A stretch of DNA of 30,560 bases from an uncultured Thermoplasmatales archaeon (GTDB lineage: Archaea; Thermoplasmatota; SW-10-69-26): assembly GCA_964492585.1 (NCBI GenBank), contig CAZBKU010000002.1:1-30560 (forward strand), read 5' to 3'. The position numbers were made by a program, and so were the translations under genes. Position 1 is the stretch's first letter. Every line of letters begins with the position of its first letter. Of the stretch, positions 24,670 through 30,560 are shown piece after piece. The notes beneath the pieces are model-generated. The model ran no database searches, had not been told where the DNA came from, and saw only the letters and a program-made list of their open reading frames with translations.

Positions 24670-25610
24670 TCGTAGACCTCCTGGTAGCGCCGGATGATGC
24701 GTTGGGCACCCACGTTGATCACGAACGTGATGACGAACAGGACGAGCCCCACGGCGTACAGGGAGTAGAACCGGGGGCCCGCCTGGACGATGTCGCCCTG
24801 GGCGGTCTGGGCGATGTAGGCGGTCATCGTCTGGATGCTGGCCAGGAAGTCGATGGCCATGCTCGGTCGGGCGCCGGCAGCCAGGGTCACGGCCATGGTC
24901 TCACCGATGGCTCGCGCGAACCCCAAGAGGGAGCCGGCGATGATGCCGGAGAGCGCGGCCGGCGTGGTGACCTTGGTGGCCACCTCCCACTTCGTGGCTC
25001 CCAGGGCAAGGGCGCCGTGCTTGAGCTCCTCGGGCACCGCCGAGATGGCATCCTCGGCGATCGAGGTGATGATCGGGAGGACCATGAAGGTCAGAACGAT
25101 GACCGCGTTGAGGGCGTTGAAGACCTCGGCCCCCAGGTGTTGCTGGAGGATCGGCGAGATGACGACCACGGCGAAGAACCCGAACACGATGCTAGGCACG
25201 CTGGCCAGCATCTCGATCGTGGGTTTCAGGACGCCGCGGACGCGCCTGGAGGCGAACTCGCTGAGGTAGATGGCCGTTGCCAGACCCAGGGGGATGGCGA
25301 AGAGGGACGACCCCACGGTGACCATGAGGGTCCCGTTGATCAGCGGGAGGATCCCGTAGATCCCGCTCACCGGCTCCCAGTTGGTGCCCGTGAGGAAGGC
25401 GATCACGCTCACGTCCTCGAAGAACGTCAACGAATTGGTGAGGAGGACGTAGAAGATCGCACCGGTCACGACGATGGCCAGGAAGGCCGCCAGGAAGAGG
25501 ACCCCTCGGATGGCCATCTCCTTGTAGCGGGCGACCTCGCGACCCACGCCTGAGGACAGCTTCTCCTCTAGCGTAGGACCGCTGCCGAGGCTCTCTGCGG
25601 CACCGGGCAT
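24666..25610 (-). CDS. pstC: Phosphate ABC transporter permease PstC
   Basis: AIYLSEFA, LASVPSIVFG, EDAISAVP and ARAIGETMAV. ATG 25610 preferred; ATG 25721 is in frame. Confidence 0.95.
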   Translation of the reverse strand: MPGAAESLGSGPTLEEKLSSGVGREVARYKEMAIRGVLFLAAFLAIVVTGAIFYVLLTNSLTFFEDVSVIAFLTGTNWEPVSGIYGILPLINGTLMVTVGSSLFAIPLGLATAIYLSEFASRRVRGVLKPTIEMLASVPSIVFGFFAVVVISPILQQHLGAEVFNALNAVIVLTFMVLPIITSIAEDAISAVPEELKHGALALGATKWEVATKVTTPAALSGIIAGSLLGFARAIGETMAVTLAAGARPSMAIDFLASIQTMTAYIAQTAQGDIVQAGPRFYSLYAVGLVLFVITFVINVGAQRIIRRYQEVYE

Positions 25611-25739
25611 CAGGGCTCGCCCCTGGAAGGTCGCGCGGAGAGGGGCGATCGACGCCGACCCCCTTGCAAGCCAAGGCGCTTGGCCGACAGCACGATCCAG
25701 ACCAGACGTTCGCCTCCGCATACCCCTTTCCTACTGATG

Positions 25740-25775
25740 CTCTATAGTGATATAGAGACTACATAGAGTATAGAG
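25740..25775. promoter_or_regulatory. AT-rich promoter/operator between pstS and pstC
   Basis: Inverted repeat CTCTATA-GTGA-TATAGAG (25740-25757) plus further CATAGAG (25762) and TATAGAG (25769) units. Confidence 0.65.
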
Positions 25776-25801
25776 AGGAGTGGATGGCAGCCACGTCAGC
25801 G

Positions 25802-26743
25802 TCAGTCGGTGGCCCCGCCGCTCAGACGAGCCCGCTGCTCATCGAGGGTCGCCTCGTCCAAGGAGACGTAACCGACCTCGGGGACCAGCTCCTGGCCATC
25901 ACCCATGGCGTACTCGAAGTACGTGTGGAGCGGCGTGCCCGGCGTGGGGACCCCGTCGGTGACCATGAAGATCGGTCGAGAGAGCGGGGTGTAGCTCCCG
26001 TCCCCGATGGTCGCCTGGGAGGGCGTGACGGGGTCGCCTTGGCCGTCCTTGATCGGGACGACCTTGAGACGGTCCCGGTTCTCATCGTAGTACGCGAACC
26101 CGAAGTACCCGAGCGCATCCCGGGATTGGGCCACACCCTCCACCAGGACGTTGTCGTCCGCGCTGGGGGTGTAGTCCTGCCGGGGGGCGGCATCTTCACC
26201 GAGGATCTCCTCGACGAAGTAGTCGTAGGTCCCGGAGTCGGAGTCCGGGCCGAAGAGGGTGATCTCGCGATCGGGCCACCCCTCCCTGACGTCGCTCCAC
26301 GTCTCGGCCCGGTCGTCTGGTCGCCAGATATGCTCGAGCTCTTGGATGGTGAGGTGGTCGACCCAGTCGTTCTGGGGGTTGACGGCGACCGTGATCCCGT
26401 CGAAGGCCACCTCCCAGGTGATCGGTTCGATCCCGTTGGCTTGGCAGGTCTGGATCTCGCTCTGCGTCAGCTCCCGCGACATGTCGCCGATGTCGATCTC
26501 GCCGGCGCACAGCTTGGAGGCGCCGGCCCCGCTGCCGCCGCCGGCGACGACGACCTGGATGCCCTCCTTGGACATCTCCTCGGCCCATGCCTCGGCGACG
26601 GGGAAGACCGTCGACGAGCCGGCCTGTTGGAGGACCTGGCCGCCGCCGTCTCCGGCGCACCCAGCCAGGGCCACGCTGGCCATCAGGAGGGCAGCGAGGA
26701 CGAGCCGTCCCGGAACGGTACCGACTTGCACCTTATCGCTCAT
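25802..26743 (-). CDS. pstS: Phosphate-binding lipoprotein PstS
   Basis: Lipobox ALAGC, AGSSTVFP, GGGSGAG, DSGTYDYF and YTPLSRPIF; ATG 26743. Confidence 0.95.
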   Translation of the reverse strand: MSDKVQVGTVPGRLVLAALLMASVALAGCAGDGGGQVLQQAGSSTVFPVAEAWAEEMSKEGIQVVVAGGGSGAGASKLCAGEIDIGDMSRELTQSEIQTCQANGIEPITWEVAFDGITVAVNPQNDWVDHLTIQELEHIWRPDDRAETWSDVREGWPDREITLFGPDSDSGTYDYFVEEILGEDAAPRQDYTPSADDNVLVEGVAQSRDALGYFGFAYYDENRDRLKVVPIKDGQGDPVTPSQATIGDGSYTPLSRPIFMVTDGVPTPGTPLHTYFEYAMGDGQELVPEVGYVSLDEATLDEQRARLSGGATD

Positions 26744-26835
26744 GTCGTGCGCGAGGGTTCGTCGTGACACGAACCGCCGAGGCCACCGGCACGACTAACC
26801 CCTTTCCCACAGAATCTCCAACCCCTCCATAGTAA

Positions 26836-26853
26836 TCTATATTCTATGTAGAG
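26836..26853. promoter_or_regulatory. AT-rich element in the divergent pstS / AbrB-PhoU promoter
   Basis: TCTATATTCTATGTAG (26836-26851) is 15/16 identical to the reverse complement of 25759-25774. Confidence 0.65.
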
Positions 26854-26890
26854 CCTAAATATACAACAGACAGGAGCGTGTTGGACAGAT

Positions 26891-27901
26891 ATGGAGCTCC
26901 GCAAGGTCCAGCTCACCGGCGGATCAAGCCTCACCGTCACCCTCCCCAAGACCTGGGCGGACAAGGCCGGCCTTGAACCAGGGGACGTCGTCGGTTGCAC
27001 CGAGCAGCCCGACGGCAGCCTGGGCATCCAGGCCCACGCCAAGGGGGACCGGGCCGTGACCCGCTACCGGATCGATGCCGCGGGAGTCACCAGCGAGTAC
27101 CTCTTCCGCAAGATCATCGCGGCCTACCTGATGGGGTACGACGCGATCGAGGTCGACGCCAACAAGCCCCTTTCTGCTGAGGCGCGCCAGTCCATCCGAC
27201 GGGCCGTGACCCGGATCATGGGCTTGGAGGTCATCGAAGAGGACATGACCTCGGTCACGGTGCAGGACTTCCTCGACCCCAAGGAGTTCCACGTCGACAA
27301 GGCCCTTCGCCGGATGGACATGCTGACCCAGGCCATGCAGCAGGAGGCAGAGATCCTGCTCAAGGACCCTGAGACCTCCACGAGGGACTCCCTGCGGGAT
27401 CGCGACGACGAGGTTGACCGGCTGTACTGGCTGGTCAACAAACAGTTCCACGCGCTCTTGCGAGACGTGAGCTACGCCAGCAAGATGGAGCTCTCACCCA
27501 GCCAAGCCCTGAACGTCCTCTTGGTCGCGCGGATGACCGAGCGGACGGCCGATCACGCTGACCGGGTGGGCCAGGAGGCCGTCGAGCTCCCTAGGACCCG
27601 GGAGCGCGACGTCTTCATGGAGGAGCTGGCCGAGGCCTGGCGCCGGGCCAGCGGGCTGTTCGCCGACGCCATGGCCACCTTCCGCAAGCGCGATTCGGCC
27701 GAGGCCGATGAGATCATCGAGAAGGCCAACCGCTTCCAGGACGACCAGGCCGCCTACCTCAAGAAGGCCACCGACTTCGGCTCTGAAGCCGTGACCCACC
27801 TGGCCTTCATCATCGAGTCGATCGGCCGGACGGCCGCCTACGCAGCCGACATCGCCGAGGTGGCGATCAACCACAAGGTCGCCAGCACCGACGACGCGTG
27901 A
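26891..27901 (+). CDS. Archaeal phosphate uptake regulator (AbrB/SpoVT DNA-binding domain fused to PhoU repeats)
   Basis: RKVQLTGGSSLTVTLPKTWA N-terminus, RKIIAAYLMGYD, DDEVDRLYWL and ERTADHA. Confidence 0.92.
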   Translation: MELRKVQLTGGSSLTVTLPKTWADKAGLEPGDVVGCTEQPDGSLGIQAHAKGDRAVTRYRIDAAGVTSEYLFRKIIAAYLMGYDAIEVDANKPLSAEARQSIRRAVTRIMGLEVIEEDMTSVTVQDFLDPKEFHVDKALRRMDMLTQAMQQEAEILLKDPETSTRDSLRDRDDEVDRLYWLVNKQFHALLRDVSYASKMELSPSQALNVLLVARMTERTADHADRVGQEAVELPRTRERDVFMEELAEAWRRASGLFADAMATFRKRDSAEADEIIEKANRFQDDQAAYLKKATDFGSEAVTHLAFIIESIGRTAAYAADIAEVAINHKVASTDDA

Positions 27902-27955
27902 GACGCCCACGAAATATTCATACCTCAGCATCCGATGGCGGCGGTAGGTGCATCC

Positions 27956-28582
27956 GTGGGCCTGAAGGAATGGATCATCCCCCAGGACGACAAGTTCTTC
28001 GACATCCTGGATGAGATCGCCAGCAACGGGGTGGAGGCGGCCGCCGCCCTTGAAGAGCTCCTCCAGGATGGCGGTGACGCCCGGGTCCGCTACGAGAAGA
28101 TCAAGGAATACGAGCACCATGGCGACGAGCTTGTCCACGACATGTACGAGCTCCTCAACCGCTCGTTCATCACGCCCATCGACCACGGGGACCTCGCCGA
28201 GATGGTCAGCGGGCTGGATGACTTCGTCGATTACATCGACGCGTCGGCCAGCCGCATCACGCTTTACAAGGTCGAACCCACCGAGGGCATGCGATCCATG
28301 GGATCGTTGATCCGCCGTCAAGCAGATCATCTTCAGGACGCCGTGCACGCGCTGCGCGATCTCAAGGAGCCCAAGGCGGCCGAGCGGGCCACCATCGAGG
28401 TTCACTCCCTGGAGAACGCGGCCGACACGATCCTCAACGAGTCGCTGGCCACGCTCTTCGAGGGGGATGATGCGATCCACATCATCAAGCACAAGGAGGT
28501 CTACGAGAACCTCGAGACCGCCACGGACGCCGCCGAGGAAGCCGCCAACATCATCGGCGACATCCTCATGAAGAACGCCTGA
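27956..28582 (+). CDS. DUF47 phosphate transport regulator (PhoU-like)
   Basis: IKEYEHHGD, FITPIDHGD, LDDFVD, LENAAD and KEVYENLETATD. GTG 27956 preferred; ATG 27935 is in frame. Confidence 0.9.
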   Translation: MGLKEWIIPQDDKFFDILDEIASNGVEAAAALEELLQDGGDARVRYEKIKEYEHHGDELVHDMYELLNRSFITPIDHGDLAEMVSGLDDFVDYIDASASRITLYKVEPTEGMRSMGSLIRRQADHLQDAVHALRDLKEPKAAERATIEVHSLENAADTILNESLATLFEGDDAIHIIKHKEVYENLETATDAAEEAANIIGDILMKNA

Positions 28583-28595
28583 ACCGGGGACCTCG

Positions 28596-29774
28596 ATGGC
28601 TTTCGAATGGTGGATGACCGTCGTCGGACTCGCCCTGCTTTTCGACTTCTTCAACGGGGTCAACGATGCGGCCAACAGCGTGGCCACCATCGTGGCCACC
28701 CGGGTCCTTACCCCCGTGTCCGCGGTCGCGTTGGCCGCGGTGATGAACCTCGCGGGACCCTTCCTCTTCGGGACCGCGGTGGCCAAGGCCGTCGGATCCG
28801 GCCTGGTCGACGTGAACATCCTGACGACCAACGTGCTCGCCGCCGCCGTGCTCGGGGGCATCTTCGCCACCGCTCTGGCCACGGCCTTCGGGCTACCGAT
28901 CTCGGTCTCCCACTCCTTGGTCGGCGGCCTTCTAGGCGCCGGCTTCGCGGCGGCCGGGGTCGGCGCTCTGCTTCTGCCGACCGCCGGTTCCCTTCTCGTC
29001 GCCGGCGAGTGGATCGTCGGGGGTTTCGTGGCCGGTGGCCTGCTCGGTGTGGTCGGGGGGTCCCTGTCCGGCTCCGAGCAACTGCGCATCCCGGGCTTCG
29101 TCGCAGGGGCCGTGGGGGCCACCTTGGCGCTGGTCTACGGCATCGCCACCGGTGCCGTAGCGCTCAACAAGCTGGGGGCCACGCTCATCTTCATCGTCTT
29201 CTCGCCGTTCATCGGGTTCCTGGGCGCCTTCGCCCTGGGCACCATCATCATCTGGATCTTCGGTGGTGCCGACTCGCGCAAGGCCAACTGGTGGTTCCGC
29301 AAGCTCCAGCTCCTCTCGGTCTCGGCCTTCTCGCTCTCCCATGGGACCAACGACGCGCAGAAGACCATGGGCATCATCGCAGCCCTGCTCTTCGCCAACG
29401 GGGTCATCGACACGTTCTTCATCCCGACCTGGGTCATCATCGCGGCGGCCGTGGCCATCGCGCTGGGGACCTTCATCGGTGGATGGCGCGTCGTCGAGAC
29501 CGTCGGGCACCGTCTCACCAAGCTCGAGCCCTACCAGGGGTTCAGCGCCGAGACCGCCGGGGCCAGCGTCCTCTTCTGGATGGCCAGCCTCGGGGTCCCC
29601 GTCTCCACGACCCACGCCATCACCGGGTCGATCATGGGCGTCGGCGCCACACGCCGCCTGACCGCTGTCCGCTGGAACGTGGCTCGGCACATCATGGGCG
29701 CCTGGGTGCTGACGATCCCGGTGGCCGGTGCGGTGGCCTGGATCGTCTACGAAGGCATCATCTACGTCCTCTGA
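28596..29774 (+). CDS. pit: PiT family inorganic phosphate transporter
   Basis: Paired signatures NGVNDAANSVAT and SHGTNDAQKTMG, plus PVSTTH. Confidence 0.95.
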   Translation: MAFEWWMTVVGLALLFDFFNGVNDAANSVATIVATRVLTPVSAVALAAVMNLAGPFLFGTAVAKAVGSGLVDVNILTTNVLAAAVLGGIFATALATAFGLPISVSHSLVGGLLGAGFAAAGVGALLLPTAGSLLVAGEWIVGGFVAGGLLGVVGGSLSGSEQLRIPGFVAGAVGATLALVYGIATGAVALNKLGATLIFIVFSPFIGFLGAFALGTIIIWIFGGADSRKANWWFRKLQLLSVSAFSLSHGTNDAQKTMGIIAALLFANGVIDTFFIPTWVIIAAAVAIALGTFIGGWRVVETVGHRLTKLEPYQGFSAETAGASVLFWMASLGVPVSTTHAITGSIMGVGATRRLTAVRWNVARHIMGAWVLTIPVAGAVAWIVYEGIIYVL

Positions 29775-29825
29775 GCCAGCAGGTTCGCCGGACGAGCCGC
29801 TCCCCACCCCTAAGGACGCTACCGC

Positions 29826-29831
29826 TTTTTT
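29826..29831 (+). terminator. Oligo-T tract after PiT
   Basis: T6 about 50 nt after the stop, the only such run nearby; matches archaeal oligo-U terminators. Confidence 0.45.
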
Positions 29832-29879
29832 ATCGGCTAGATGGGGACGCTAGCTCCGAACCATCAGGGACGTAAATTC

Positions 29880-29916
29880 TTTATAGAAGTTTGAACACAT
29901 GTAGGAAGCGAGGTGA
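29880..29916 (+). promoter_or_regulatory. TATA box and SD for hsp20
   Basis: TTTATAG at 29880-29886 and GAGGTGA at 29910-29916 before ATG 29923. Confidence 0.7.
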
Positions 29917-29922
29917 CGAACC

Positions 29923-30444
29923 ATGTTCGGTAGAACCCCCTTCGGAAGCTCGTTCGGCGACCTGTTCCGCGACGTCGAGAAAGAGTTCGATCGTATGGAC
30001 CGCCGGTTCGAGCAGTTGCGAGAGGCTGCCAAGAAGCAGCACAAGGGCGACGGCCCCATGGTCTACGGCTGGACCATGAACATCGGCCCCGACGGTGTGC
30101 CTCGCATCCAGCGGTTCGGCAACGTCGGCGACTCCGAGGGTGAGCTCGAGGAAGGTTGGCGCGAACCCTTCGTCACCAGCTTCCTCGATGAGGACAAGAA
30201 CCTCGTCCGGTTCACCGCCGAGCTGCCCGGTGTCCAGAAGGAGAACATCGACATCGAGGCCTTCGACAGCGGGCTCAAGCTCGAGGCCACCGGCACAGAC
30301 CGTCGGTACAAGACCACGGTCCCGGTGGACCACCTGCTCGACCCGGCCACCGCCGATGCCAGCTACAACAACGGCATCCTCGAGGTGGCCATCGAGCTGG
30401 CCGAACCGATCAAGCCCGAGGGCAAGAAGGTCGACGTCCGTTGA
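29923..30444 (+). CDS. hsp20: Archaeal small heat-shock protein Hsp20
   Basis: PMVYGWTMNIGPDGVPRIQRFGNV, AELPGVQKE and ASYNNGILEV alpha-crystallin motifs. Confidence 0.95.
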   Translation: MFGRTPFGSSFGDLFRDVEKEFDRMDRRFEQLREAAKKQHKGDGPMVYGWTMNIGPDGVPRIQRFGNVGDSEGELEEGWREPFVTSFLDEDKNLVRFTAELPGVQKENIDIEAFDSGLKLEATGTDRRYKTTVPVDHLLDPATADASYNNGILEVAIELAEPIKPEGKKVDVR

Positions 30445-30459
30445 CCCCACCGATCCGGC

Positions 30460-30521
30460 CCGGGGCGGCGCGCCCCGGACCGCGCCGCCCTGGTCCCGCG
30501 GGAGGGCCCCACGGCCCTCCC
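30460..30521 (+). terminator. Two GC-rich hairpins downstream of hsp20
   Basis: 30460-30472 pairs with 30481-30493 (13 bp, one G-U); 30500-30508 pairs with 30513-30521 (9 bp); a C-tract follows. Confidence 0.45.
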
Positions 30522-30560
30522 GATCACCCTCCCCCCCCCGGTATGTGGTGCTGGCGAGAT

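Noticed and set aside
24666-25721. PstC with a 37-aa N-terminal extension from ATG 25721
   Set aside because: The extension is low-information; ATG 25610 gives a normal-length PstC. Not excluded without TSS data.
30531-30539. Poly-C run as a phase-variation tract
   Set aside because: Intergenic and at the window edge; no gene or promoter context is visible to support it.
1-30560. Mobile element, prophage or defence island
   Set aside because: No transposase, integrase, terminal repeats or sustained compositional shift; AT-rich patches are short and confined to promoters.

Overview
High-GC (about two-thirds G+C, by eye), gene-dense archaeal DNA. It is most consistent with an uncultured Thermoplasmatota lineage (inference from RtcB plus archease, an archaeal-type tRNA methylthiotransferase, an AbrB-PhoU regulator, GGTGA/GAGGTGA ribosome-binding sites and TATA-like boxes about 25 bp before start codons). 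About 37 protein genes in order: acyl-CoA dehydrogenase, SRPBCC, OsmC, membrane proteins (two DUF4383 paralogs), rtcB, a stand-alone Lrp/AsnC ligand-binding domain, archease, a four-repeat lipoprotein, HIT, ZIP, YkgJ, glyoxalase, MiaB-like enzyme, arsR-aquaporin-arsC, tandem HAD nucleotidases, tandem GATases (one without the catalytic triad), a two-system phosphate island (pstSCAB-phoU, AbrB-PhoU, DUF47, PiT) and Hsp20. No tRNA, rRNA, CRISPR array or transposase was seen. The strongest unexplained signals are (1) a ~400 bp hairpin-tiled non-coding region inside the archease-rtcB locus, carrying two mirror-repeat pyrimidine loop modules with triple-helix logic, and (2) a recurrent CTCTATA/TATAGAG AT-rich motif at phosphate-related promoters. 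All family assignments are by motif recognition, not database search.
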